Shown here: positions 28,887 to 37,494 of the stretch, in pieces
Position numbering within the stretch: the stretch's first letter is position 1
How the letters are laid out: every line of letters starts with the position of its first letter
Source of the DNA: Patescibacteria group bacterium
GTDB lineage: Bacteria; Patescibacteriota; Minisyncoccia; Phycocordibacterales; CAIZLB01
DNA length: 64,000 bases
Direction of reading: 5' to 3'
Assembly: GCA_040384445.1 (NCBI GenBank)
Contig: JAZKJG010000001.1
Location: 135,650 to 199,649, forward strand
Notes under the pieces: generated by a model
The model's input: only the letters and a program-made list of their open reading frames with translations
Database searches by the model: none
Told to the model about the DNA's origin: nothing
Position numbers and translations under genes: made by a program

Positions 28887-29294
28887 ATGAAACCAGCAAA
28901 AATTGTCGAAGTTCTTCTCGAGCTGCATCACCGTATCAGTTTTGAGCTTAGTGACGTGTTGAAAAAGGCAGAGATAAGTCTGTCACAGTACCACTTGTTG
29001 AACCATATGAGTGGTAAAACTGGTATAAACGCCTTGAGTATGACTGATGTTTCCAGATTTTGTCGAAATTCAACCGCTGCAGGAACTGGAACAGCTGATC
29101 GACTCGAAAAACTTGGCTACATCGAGAGGAAGTATTCATCAGAAGATAGGAGGAAAGTTTTAGTACAGCTCACGAAGAAAGGCGAAACTCTCCTCAAAAA
29201 CTGTCATGCAACGGTTTCAAAACTCTATGAGCTGGACGATGAATTCCTAGAATCCCTGCACAGGCTCATTCCTGATCTGGCCCTCGCGTCGTAG
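28887..29294 (+). CDS. MarR-family transcriptional regulator
   Basis: 135 aa. Winged-HTH pattern (ISLSQYHLLNHM...LSMTDVSRFCRNSTAAGTGTADRLEKLGYIERKYSSEDRRKVLVQLTKKGE). Confidence 0.75.
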   Translation: MKPAKIVEVLLELHHRISFELSDVLKKAEISLSQYHLLNHMSGKTGINALSMTDVSRFCRNSTAAGTGTADRLEKLGYIERKYSSEDRRKVLVQLTKKGETLLKNCHATVSKLYELDDEFLESLHRLIPDLALAS

Positions 29295-29311
29295 ACCGAC
29301 ACCAATTTCAG

Positions 29312-29347
29312 CCATCATATCTCCCAAGGGGGTATGATGGTTTTTTC
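29312..29347 (+). terminator. intrinsic terminator after marR-like gene
   Basis: ccatcata-tctcccaagggggta-tgatgg followed by T7. Confidence 0.7.
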
Positions 29348-29350
29348 ATT

Positions 29351-29380
29351 TATTGACAAAACTCAGATTATCTGTAGTAT
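29351..29380 (+). promoter_or_regulatory. candidate sigma70-type promoter for the 29451 gene
   Basis: TTGACA, a 16-17 nt spacer, then TAGTAT/AGTATA, about 70 nt upstream of the ATG. Confidence 0.35.
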
Positions 29381-29450
29381 AAATTACATCGATTAGCACC
29401 TCCTGAGTGGGAGATTGTGAAAGATATTCCAACCCAAAGCTCATTCAACC

Positions 29451-30149
29451 ATGAAAAAACACATCAAAGTCATCCTGCTTCTGGTCTTTTTGACCACTGT
29501 AGGGCCGATTAAGGCGGCAATTTTGTCGCTTGGCCCCTCCGTAGCGTTGAATCTGACAAACACCAACCAAGTGGACGTCAGAAACAATGTCTATACACCG
29601 ACCGCACTTGTGGCCCCTGGTGCCTGGGATCGCTCCATCTATAACCTCCGCATCACTGCGTTGGGTGGACAAGCGAACCAGACCCCAGTAGTGCTTCAAA
29701 GTGTCAACTCCCTCACGTTCACGATCAGCAAGACTCCGGGAGGCCCTGCACCGTTCGTCTTTAACTTTGGTACTCAAAACCTGAAGTTCAACGTCGAAGG
29801 GATCGGAGCCCCTGTCATCAACGCCTATTCAAACGGCGTGAATGTTACAGGCTCGGCCGGCCTTGTTGGCTTGAACGTGGTCGGTACCGACCTCACTGGG
29901 AAAGGTATCGATGAAATCGTCATCAGTGACTTCCGCCTTCAGGACACTCCCGTCGCAAGTCTGGGTGGCGCGTTCAACATCGGCCTCGTTGGGGACCAAC
30001 AAATGGTCACCTTCAATGTGACGGCTACCGCTGAAGCCACAGCGCTCACAGCAGGCACCTTCGCCACCACGACCGTGGTGCCCGAAGTGAGCCCATCGGC
30101 CATGTTCGCAAGCATATGCCTCTTCGGGCTCATGTTCCGCAAGCGGTGA
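29451..30149 (+). CDS. secreted protein with PEP-CTERM-like C-terminal sorting signal; GC-rich (likely horizontally acquired)
   Basis: 232 aa with an N-terminal signal peptide. The C-terminus VVPEVSPSAMFASICLFGLMFRKR is a P-E motif, then a hydrophobic helix, then an Arg/Lys cluster. The DNA is visibly GC-rich compared with the flanks. Confidence 0.6.
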   Translation: MKKHIKVILLLVFLTTVGPIKAAILSLGPSVALNLTNTNQVDVRNNVYTPTALVAPGAWDRSIYNLRITALGGQANQTPVVLQSVNSLTFTISKTPGGPAPFVFNFGTQNLKFNVEGIGAPVINAYSNGVNVTGSAGLVGLNVVGTDLTGKGIDEIVISDFRLQDTPVASLGGAFNIGLVGDQQMVTFNVTATAEATALTAGTFATTTVVPEVSPSAMFASICLFGLMFRKR

Positions 30150-30172
30150 TATGAAGTCACCAAACCCCTAAA

Positions 30173-30221
30173 ACCTCTCCTGGTCAAGCTCACAAGGCAA
30201 GATCAGGGGAGGTCTTTTTTT
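30173..30221 (+). terminator. intrinsic terminator
   Basis: acctctcctg...caggggaggt hairpin followed by T7. Confidence 0.65.
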
Positions 30222-30299
30222 ATCTCATACTTATTGACTTTGACAAATATCGATGTATACTCAAATTATTAGCTATATATTAAAATCAAAAACACAACA

Positions 30300-31595
30300 A
30301 TGAAAAAACTATTACTCTTAATCCCAATCATTGCACTTTTGTTTACTTTGCAGGCTTCAATCATAGCAGTTGAAGAAACTCCTGTTGTTGAGAATACGTT
30401 GGCTTTATGTACAGACGGTATTGATAACGATGGAAACTTTGTGTTAGATCTTGTTGACCCGTCTTGTGCACCTTTTATACCAGCTCCAGTTGAGAACACA
30501 TTAACTCTTTGTGGAGACCTTACTGATAACGACGGAGACTTCCTTGTTGATCAATCAGATACTGATTGTGCACCATTTGCTCCTGTTCCACCTCCAGCAG
30601 TAGAAAATACTCTAGCACTATGTACAGACACTGTAGATAATGACGGAGATCTTCTTGCAGACCAATCTGACACAGATTGTGCTCCATTTGCAGCTCCAGC
30701 TCCTGCAGTAGAGAATACATTAGCTCTATGTTCAGATGATATTGAAAATGACGGTGATATCCTGGTAGATCTTTCAGATCCAGATTGTGCTCCATTTGCA
30801 CCAATTCTATCTTCAGTTGAGAACACTCTTGTTCTATGTACTGACAATGTAGATAACGATGGAGATTTCCTAGTTGACTCATCAGATCCAGATTGTGCTC
30901 CATTTGCAGCTCCAGCTCCTGCAGTAGAGAATACATTAGCTCTATGTTCAGATGATATTGAAAATGACGGTGATATCCTGGTAGATCTTTCAGATCCAGA
31001 TTGTGCACCATTTGTCGCACAACTTTCTGCAGTAGAAAATAATCTTGTACTATGTACAGACAACATTGATAACGATGGAGATCTATTTGTAGACCTATCA
31101 GATAGTGATTGTGCTGCATTTGCAACTACAACTCCACCAACTCCAGCTCCTACAATTTCAACAAGTGGAACAGGATTCACTTCATTTAGTGGAGGAAGTT
31201 CAAATCCAATTACTGCATCATCAGGGGTAACGATCTCAGATACAATCATTGCTCCAATCGACGGTGAAATCGCAGGATGCCCAGCTCTATTTACAACATA
31301 TATGAAATTTGGACGAAAAAATCACGCTGGTGAAGTTACACGATTACAGGCTTTCTTAAACCGAAATCTTGGAACAAAACTTTCTACATCAGGATTCTTC
31401 AATGCTGAAACATTTAGTGCTGTAAAACTATTCCAGCTTAAATATTCTGACTCAGTTCTAAAGCCATGGGTAGATGCAGGTCTTTCAACAGATCTTACAA
31501 CTAACCCAAGTGGATATGTATATCTTACAACACAACGACAGATCAATCTTCTAGAATGTCCAAGTGCAAACATTCCAATGCCTGTGCTTAGATAA
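30300..31595 (+). CDS. secreted repeat protein: 7 tandem Cys/DNDGD (thrombospondin-type-3-like Ca-binding) repeats plus C-terminal PG_binding_1 domain
   Basis: 431 aa with a signal peptide. Repeats VENTLALCxDxxDNDGDxLVDxSDxDCAPFA, about 36 aa each. C-terminus VTRLQAFLNRNLG...FFNAETFSAVKLFQ is peptidoglycan-binding-like. Confidence 0.65.
   Translation: MKKLLLLIPIIALLFTLQASIIAVEETPVVENTLALCTDGIDNDGNFVLDLVDPSCAPFIPAPVENTLTLCGDLTDNDGDFLVDQSDTDCAPFAPVPPPAVENTLALCTDTVDNDGDLLADQSDTDCAPFAAPAPAVENTLALCSDDIENDGDILVDLSDPDCAPFAPILSSVENTLVLCTDNVDNDGDFLVDSSDPDCAPFAAPAPAVENTLALCSDDIENDGDILVDLSDPDCAPFVAQLSAVENNLVLCTDNIDNDGDLFVDLSDSDCAAFATTTPPTPAPTISTSGTGFTSFSGGSSNPITASSGVTISDTIIAPIDGEIAGCPALFTTYMKFGRKNHAGEVTRLQAFLNRNLGTKLSTSGFFNAETFSAVKLFQLKYSDSVLKPWVDAGLSTDLTTNPSGYVYLTTQRQINLLECPSANIPMPVLR
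30387..31140 (+). repeat. coding tandem repeat array, about 108-111 bp period, 7 copies
   Basis: Copies 4 and 6 are almost identical at the DNA level (30700-30800 versus 30905-31005). This also generates spurious antisense ORFs. Confidence 0.7.
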
Positions 31596-31673
31596 TCTCA
31601 AAGGAAATATAAAGAGCTCCGTACTTCAGTGCGGAGTTTTTTATATGTATACATATGCTATAATTTCCGGTAT

Positions 31674-33983
31674 ATGCGACTCAAGTCACTTCACATTCAC
31701 GGCTTTAAATCATTTGCAAAGAAAGCAGATTTAACATTTAATACCGCAATCACTGGAGTAGTTGGGCCAAATGGATCAGGGAAATCAAACGTGGTAGAAG
31801 CGTTTCGTTTTGTACTTGGTGAGCAGTCACTCAAAAGTATGCGAGGGAAAAAGGGGGAAGATATGATTTTTAATGGTGGAAAAGATCTACCTCGATCTAA
31901 CCGGGCAAGTGTAAAAGTTGTGTTTGATAATGCAGTGTATGACATTAATGGCAACTACAAGAGACTGTTTGAGAGTTATAGTTTTGATGAAGTTGTGGTA
32001 GAACGAGCTGTAAATCGTGACGGTACAAATGAGTACTTAATTAACGGATCGGTATGTCGACTCAAAGATATAACCGAACTGTTATCTGAAGCAAATATTG
32101 GAGGTTCAGGACATCATATTATTTCACAAGGAGAAGCTGATCGTTTGCTTTCATCATCTAACAAAGAACGAAAGGAGATGATAGAAGATGCTCTAGGACT
32201 CAAGATGCATCAGTACAAAAAAGAAGAAAGTGAGAAGAGGTTAGTAAAAACAAAGGAACATATGCGTGAGGTTGAGTCTCTTCGACGTGAGTTGGCACCA
32301 CATTTACGATTCCTAAAAAAACAAGTTGAGAAAATAGAAAAAGCCAAGGAGCTTCGATCACAATTGATCGAGTTATATAAAGAGTATTTTGCGTATGAAA
32401 CTGTGCTCCTTGATGCAGAAGTAAAACATATAGAGGAAATGAAAAAACAGCCAACTCATGAGTTTGCTGAATTGGAAGAAAAATTAAAACGTATTCAAGA
32501 GACGCTGTCGGTCACTGATACGACATCAAAACTAACTGATGAACTCTTTAGACTTGAACAAGATTTGAAAAATGCTCGACACACAAAGGATGGATATTCA
32601 AGAGAAATTGGAAGATATGAGGGAGAAATTTCATACATTGAGAGAAGTATTGAGAAGAAAAAAGAAAAGAAAAATCTTGTTGTAGAGGAAGTTGATGCAC
32701 CTGTTTCAAGAAAGGCAATCATGGAGCTTATCCATAAGATTAAGACTACCTTATCTGATATTAGAAATGGATCATATACGTCACCTGAGGAGATAAAACA
32801 AGCATCTCAAGACCTTATAGCCCTATGTGAGGCATATACAGAGAGTGTTAAAGATACGCACCATGTTGCTGTTGAACATGATACTCAGGAAGAGGAACAT
32901 GAGCTTGTTCGAATTCAAAAACTGATTGCACATGCAGAAAAAGAAAGTGCAGAGGCAGAGCAAAAAGAGCAACATATTTTGTCTCAGTATGAAGTAGCCA
33001 AGAAAAGAATTGAAGATGAAAAAGAAAAAAATGTTGAGTCAGAAAAAGAACTATTGAAGGTCATGAGTCGGCAGCATGAAGTTCGGGCGGAACTTGATAA
33101 AATTGATGTGCGACATAGTATGTATGTGACACAGAAAGAGGCTTTCGAACGAGAGATGCATGAAGCATCAGCTTTAGTCGGACTTCTAGCCCTTCGATTT
33201 TCTGATGTCAACACTGATGTCAATCTTGACCCAGCAATTGACAAAGATGTACAAAAGCAAAGATTACATACGTTGGAGAAGTATAAAATTCGCCTTGAAG
33301 AGTTAGGTGGTGCAGGGGACGAAACAATTCACAGAGAGTATACTGAAACAGAAGAGCGAGATTTGTTTTTGGCAAATGAGCTCCATGATCTAACTACATC
33401 TCTTGCTGATCTTGAGGTGTTAATTGCAGATATTACGCGTACTGTTGCAGAAATGTTTGAGCAAGGAATTGAGAAAATAAATAGCCAGTTCTCTACATTT
33501 TTCAAACAAATGTTTGGAGGAGGTGAGGCAAGGCTTGTGATCACGCAGGAACGTAAAAGAAAAAGAAAATTAACTGATCTTGAAGATGAAGAAATGGATG
33601 AGGAGGTTTCTGAGGAAGGAGAAGTTGAAGTTGGAATTGATGTGTTTGTTTCGTTGCCACATAAAAAATTAAAAGGGCTTTCAATGCTTTCTGGGGGTGA
33701 GCGAGCACTTACTTCAATTGCATTACTCTTTGCAATGAGTCAGGTGAATCCGCCACCGTTTATTATTCTTGATGAAACTGATGCTGCGCTAGATGAAGCG
33801 AACTCAAGACGATATGGAGATATGATTGAGTTGTTGAGTCAACATTCTGAGTTGATTTTAGTTACTCATAACCGTGAGACCATGTCTCGAGCAGGGGTGT
33901 TGTATGGGGTGACGATGGGAAATGGGGGGTATTCTCAGTTGTTATCGATTGGGTTTGAGGAGGCGAGCGTGAATGCGAAGTAA
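31674..33983 (+). CDS. SMC-like chromosome condensation ATPase, unusually short (about 770 aa)
   Basis: The likely start is MRLKSLHIHGFKSF; the track ORF begins at 31629. N-terminal head GPNGSGKSNVVEAFRFVLGEQS. C-terminal head LSGGERALTSIALLFA...FIILDETDAALD...LYGVTM. The middle is coiled-coil-like, and no glycine-rich hinge was recognised. Confidence 0.7.
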   Translation: MRLKSLHIHGFKSFAKKADLTFNTAITGVVGPNGSGKSNVVEAFRFVLGEQSLKSMRGKKGEDMIFNGGKDLPRSNRASVKVVFDNAVYDINGNYKRLFESYSFDEVVVERAVNRDGTNEYLINGSVCRLKDITELLSEANIGGSGHHIISQGEADRLLSSSNKERKEMIEDALGLKMHQYKKEESEKRLVKTKEHMREVESLRRELAPHLRFLKKQVEKIEKAKELRSQLIELYKEYFAYETVLLDAEVKHIEEMKKQPTHEFAELEEKLKRIQETLSVTDTTSKLTDELFRLEQDLKNARHTKDGYSREIGRYEGEISYIERSIEKKKEKKNLVVEEVDAPVSRKAIMELIHKIKTTLSDIRNGSYTSPEEIKQASQDLIALCEAYTESVKDTHHVAVEHDTQEEEHELVRIQKLIAHAEKESAEAEQKEQHILSQYEVAKKRIEDEKEKNVESEKELLKVMSRQHEVRAELDKIDVRHSMYVTQKEAFEREMHEASALVGLLALRFSDVNTDVNLDPAIDKDVQKQRLHTLEKYKIRLEELGGAGDETIHREYTETEERDLFLANELHDLTTSLADLEVLIADITRTVAEMFEQGIEKINSQFSTFFKQMFGGGEARLVITQERKRKRKLTDLEDEEMDEEVSEEGEVEVGIDVFVSLPHKKLKGLSMLSGGERALTSIALLFAMSQVNPPPFIILDETDAALDEANSRRYGDMIELLSQHSELILVTHNRETMSRAGVLYGVTMGNGGYSQLLSIGFEEASVNAK

Positions 33984-34067
33984 GAAATATAAAAGTAAAA
34001 AACACATACCCGCAGACTAGGCATGTATTTTTTACTTTTATATTTTCAAGGAAAGAGAGAAAAGAAA

Positions 34068-34104
34068 CACCCCTTCAGTTTTTAGGCTGAGGGGTTTTGT
34101 TTTG
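34068..34104. terminator. bidirectional intrinsic terminator
   Basis: caccccttcag-tttttagg-ctgaggggt, with T-runs on both strands. Confidence 0.6.
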
Positions 34105-34108
34105 AATT

Positions 34109-34552
34109 TTAGCCTCCGAAAAGTCTTTTCAGAGTTGTTACGATTAAATCGTGAATGTAAAGTCTGACATCTTGTCTATTTTTTATTGCATGAACTCTAA
34201 ACTTTATCCAGTCTGTATATTTAATGTTTACATGAATTGTTTTTTCTCCAAATTGAGCTATAAACTGAATTGGGGGATATAGATCAGGGCTGACAACTAT
34301 GTTGGGAAGACATAACGGATATCCACAGCAGTTTCCATGGAGGGGTGGGTGTCCTGCTTCTGTTCGAACTACATTGAGTTCGTCTTCAATTGATGTCTGT
34401 CTTATGCGGTGGCAGGAATCGTTGATGAATCTGAGAAAGGTGCATGGTGAATTTTGTCCAACTGGGTTACAAACACTATCTACTATTTCCGATGGAAGTA
34501 GGATTGGTTTATTCATAAGGGGGCGTGGGTTAAAGGATTCTACATAAAACAA
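34109..34552 (-). CDS. hypothetical Cys-rich protein
   Basis: 147-aa ORF. The likely start is the internal MNKPILL. HGNCCGYPLC and other Cys. No family recognised. Confidence 0.4.
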   Translation of the reverse strand: MFYVESFNPRPLMNKPILLPSEIVDSVCNPVGQNSPCTFLRFINDSCHRIRQTSIEDELNVVRTEAGHPPLHGNCCGYPLCLPNIVVSPDLYPPIQFIAQFGEKTIHVNIKYTDWIKFRVHAIKNRQDVRLYIHDLIVTTLKRLFGG

Positions 34553-34639
34553 TATAAGATTTACAATCTTGTGTCAATGTGCTATTTTCACCTTAAGTAA
34601 CACTCGTATGTTACGAAATTTAGCCCTTTAATTACTCCT

Positions 34640-35401
34640 ATGAAAGACCTTCCATTGCCTAGTCGGAAAATGATTTCTGGATATCTGGATTATGCTGAGA
34701 ATAACAGAAATCTACAGCCTGCACTCCTGTGTATTGCTGAAAAGATGCTTGGACAAACAGCAACATACCTCAAAGGACCAACTCTTGTGTTTGGCTTACG
34801 CGGAAAACTTTTCGCAGAAATGCTCAATCAGAGAAATCTGTGCATCAAAATAATTGTTCTTCTTGGTTGGTTTCTGTTTGGATTATGGTATTTGGCCACT
34901 GTTCAAAACTGGCCTGTTACTCGTTCACTGTTTCTACCGTGCTTGTCGGCCTTTGTGCTTTACACCGTGATGAGACGGTTCGGGTTTTTGTCTACGAACA
35001 TAAGTTGTGGGTCAAATCCCATGTATCCAAAATTGTCTATAAAAGAATGGGATGCAAAACAAGAAGAAGAATTGTTTCGAAAATTTTGGTTAGCGCCTCA
35101 ATTTATCGATATGTTCAAGCCTGGAGCTTTCAATGATGTAAAAACTTTTGCAGAATTGCACGAATTAACTCAAGTGAGATTTAACGAACTGTTAGGTAAA
35201 TGGAAAAACGGTATGGGAACTTCGTATGAAGTTGAAGCTGAAAGAGAATTCAGAACTTTCTTTTGCCTAGCAGGGATTCTTGGAATCTTTCAAATCCCTA
35301 AAGGAGCTTCTCCAATGCAACATTTTGCCTCTATATATCCTTTGCTCTCAAGTAAGGAGGATTACCATATGGTGATCAAAAACATCCTTTCCCCAGCATG
35401 A
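34640..35401 (+). CDS. hypothetical membrane protein
   Basis: 253 aa with a central pair of TM helices (IKIIVLLGWFLFGLWYLATV, LFLPCLSAFVLYTV). No motif recognised. Confidence 0.45.
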   Translation: MKDLPLPSRKMISGYLDYAENNRNLQPALLCIAEKMLGQTATYLKGPTLVFGLRGKLFAEMLNQRNLCIKIIVLLGWFLFGLWYLATVQNWPVTRSLFLPCLSAFVLYTVMRRFGFLSTNISCGSNPMYPKLSIKEWDAKQEEELFRKFWLAPQFIDMFKPGAFNDVKTFAELHELTQVRFNELLGKWKNGMGTSYEVEAEREFRTFFCLAGILGIFQIPKGASPMQHFASIYPLLSSKEDYHMVIKNILSPA

Positions 35402-35423
35402 GTCTCATCTGTACAAAAAAACA

Positions 35424-35458
35424 ACACCACCCTGTGTCATGCAGCGGTGGTGGTTTTT
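35424..35458. terminator. bidirectional intrinsic terminator (34640 gene / rnr)
   Basis: caccacc-ctgtgtcatgcagc-ggtggtg flanked by A7 and T5. Confidence 0.65.
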
Positions 35459-35493
35459 AATTTACAAAATTTCGCGAGAAATACAGAGTATAA

Positions 35494-37482
35494 CTATACT
35501 CGGAGAACCTCAAAATCCACCGCCTTATTTTCCAAATCAATTCCTCGTAATCGCACATGGATCACATCACCGAGCGTAATAATTTTCTTCGTATTCTGTC
35601 CAATCACTTTATATGTCTTTTTATCAACCTCAAAGAAATCAGTTCCAAGATCCTTTAGTCGCACAAGTCCTTCGGCCAGAGATTCTTTTTCCTGTAAAAA
35701 TATTCCAAAGTCTGCAATTCCAGACACTGTTACATCAAACTCTTCACCAATTCGTTTAGAAAGATACTCAACTTGTTTGTATCGAACAGATGCTCTCTCA
35801 GCTTCGGCCGCTTTAATTTCTTGAGCTGAAGAAACAGTTGCAATATCTTCAAGTGAATCAATAAGTCCTTGCGAAAGAGGTACTTTAGATAGAACATTTT
35901 GCATAATTCTATGTACTGTTAAGTCAGGATATCGTCGAATAGGAGAGGTAAAGTGTGTATAGTATTCAAAGGCCAATCCGAAGTGTCCAATGTTCACAGT
36001 CTTATATGCTGCTTTTGCCATAGAACGTAGCGTAGCGGTCTTTATAGTCGTTTCTGCAGGGTGTCCTGTAGCTTTGTCTAGAAGCTTTTGAATATCCTTG
36101 GCGTGCATCTTTTTTCCTGGATGAAAATCAATTCCAATTGCATTCACAAAGATTTCTAGGTCAGCAATTTTTTCTGGATCTGGTAAATCATGCACTCGGT
36201 ACATTCCAAGAAGTTTTTTAGTTCCGTGAGCATTATTAAAGAACATAAACTCAGCAACTTCTCGGTTTGCCAAAAGCATAAACTCTTCCACAAGGTGGTG
36301 AGTAAAAATTCTATCTTTTTTAAATACTTTAATCGGGAACCCGGTTGCATCAAGTTCAAACTTAATTTCATCTGATTCAAAATCAATTGCTCCTGATCTT
36401 TTTCGTGCTGCCTGTAATTCTTTTGCAAAATCTTGTAGCTTAAAGAGAGCAGGGAATTCAGTCTCATCCTTAGAATCTAAAACTTCTTGTGCGGCTTCGT
36501 ATGAAAATCTTTTATTTGAATGAATTATAGTTTTACCAAACCACTTTGAAATAATTTCGTGATTATTGTTGAATTCAAAAATTGAAGAAAACGCGAATCT
36601 ATCCTGATTTGGATTCAAACTACACATTCCGTTTGAAAGCACTTCTGGAAGCATGGGGATGGTTCGGTCAACTAAGTACACTGAAAAAGCTCGCTTTCTA
36701 GCTTCTGTATCAAGAACAGTTCCAGGTCGTACAAAGTGAGATACGTCCGCAATATGAATTCCAATCTCCACATTTCCATTTTCAAGAACTCTATATGATA
36801 ATGCATCATCAAAGTCTTTTGCATCAACAGGATCGATTGTGCATGTCCACACATCTCGCATATCTTTTCTAAGTGCTAGTTCTGCTTCAGTAATCTTTCC
36901 ATGTGCTTCTACTGATCGTGCTGCATCTGCTTCTACTTCAGGAGTATGTTCAATAGAGAATCCTGCAGCAGCCACAATAGATCTCATTTCAGCCTGATGT
37001 TCACCTTGCATACCAAAGATCTCGGTAATTTTGGCATAAAATTCACGAGTTACATCCGTATTTGTCCAACCCTCAGGAGTTGTCGTTTTCTTTATAGTAA
37101 TTTTAGGTTTTCTTGACCATTCAATTTCAACTAAAACTTTATTGCCTTTTTTTGCAGGATGTTCAGCATTTGCATCTATTGTAAATGAACAATTGAGCTT
37201 CATGTTGTCAGGTTTTGCAAAAACTTCAGTATCGGTTGTATGAGTCACAATCGCAACGTATGAATTACTTCCACGTTTTGTAACCTGTAGAATTTTTCCT
37301 TCAACTTCTCCCCATTTATTTGGTTTTGGAAATGTGTCAACTACGACTGTATCTCCAGGAAGTGCGTCTAGAATAAATTGAAGAGGAATAACAATTGAAT
37401 CTTCTTTTTTTGTCGATTGGAGTGGGCGAACGTAACCTTTTCCTTTATTGTTGAGCGCAAGCACTCCTTCGATTTGTGGCAT
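35494..37482 (-). CDS. rnr: ribonuclease R (RNB-family 3'-5' exoribonuclease)
   Basis: 662 aa. N-terminal cold-shock-like/OB region, central RNB domain, C-terminal S1 domain (FDVTVSGIADFGIFLQ...). Confidence 0.85.
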   Translation of the reverse strand: MPQIEGVLALNNKGKGYVRPLQSTKKEDSIVIPLQFILDALPGDTVVVDTFPKPNKWGEVEGKILQVTKRGSNSYVAIVTHTTDTEVFAKPDNMKLNCSFTIDANAEHPAKKGNKVLVEIEWSRKPKITIKKTTTPEGWTNTDVTREFYAKITEIFGMQGEHQAEMRSIVAAAGFSIEHTPEVEADAARSVEAHGKITEAELALRKDMRDVWTCTIDPVDAKDFDDALSYRVLENGNVEIGIHIADVSHFVRPGTVLDTEARKRAFSVYLVDRTIPMLPEVLSNGMCSLNPNQDRFAFSSIFEFNNNHEIISKWFGKTIIHSNKRFSYEAAQEVLDSKDETEFPALFKLQDFAKELQAARKRSGAIDFESDEIKFELDATGFPIKVFKKDRIFTHHLVEEFMLLANREVAEFMFFNNAHGTKKLLGMYRVHDLPDPEKIADLEIFVNAIGIDFHPGKKMHAKDIQKLLDKATGHPAETTIKTATLRSMAKAAYKTVNIGHFGLAFEYYTHFTSPIRRYPDLTVHRIMQNVLSKVPLSQGLIDSLEDIATVSSAQEIKAAEAERASVRYKQVEYLSKRIGEEFDVTVSGIADFGIFLQEKESLAEGLVRLKDLGTDFFEVDKKTYKVIGQNTKKIITLGDVIHVRLRGIDLENKAVDFEVLRV

Positions 37483-37494
37483 TGTGTAAGTATA

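Noticed and set aside
30387-31140. Possible CRISPR array
   Set aside because: The repeats are about 110 bp, in-frame and coding, with no short spacer-repeat structure and no cas genes. It is a protein tandem repeat, not a CRISPR array.
30520-31249. Two long minus-strand ORFs (201 and 232 aa) antisense to the repeat protein
   Set aside because: They are produced by the tandem repeats being open in antisense frames. The sense strand has the signal peptide, the repeat logic and the PG-binding domain. There is no independent support.
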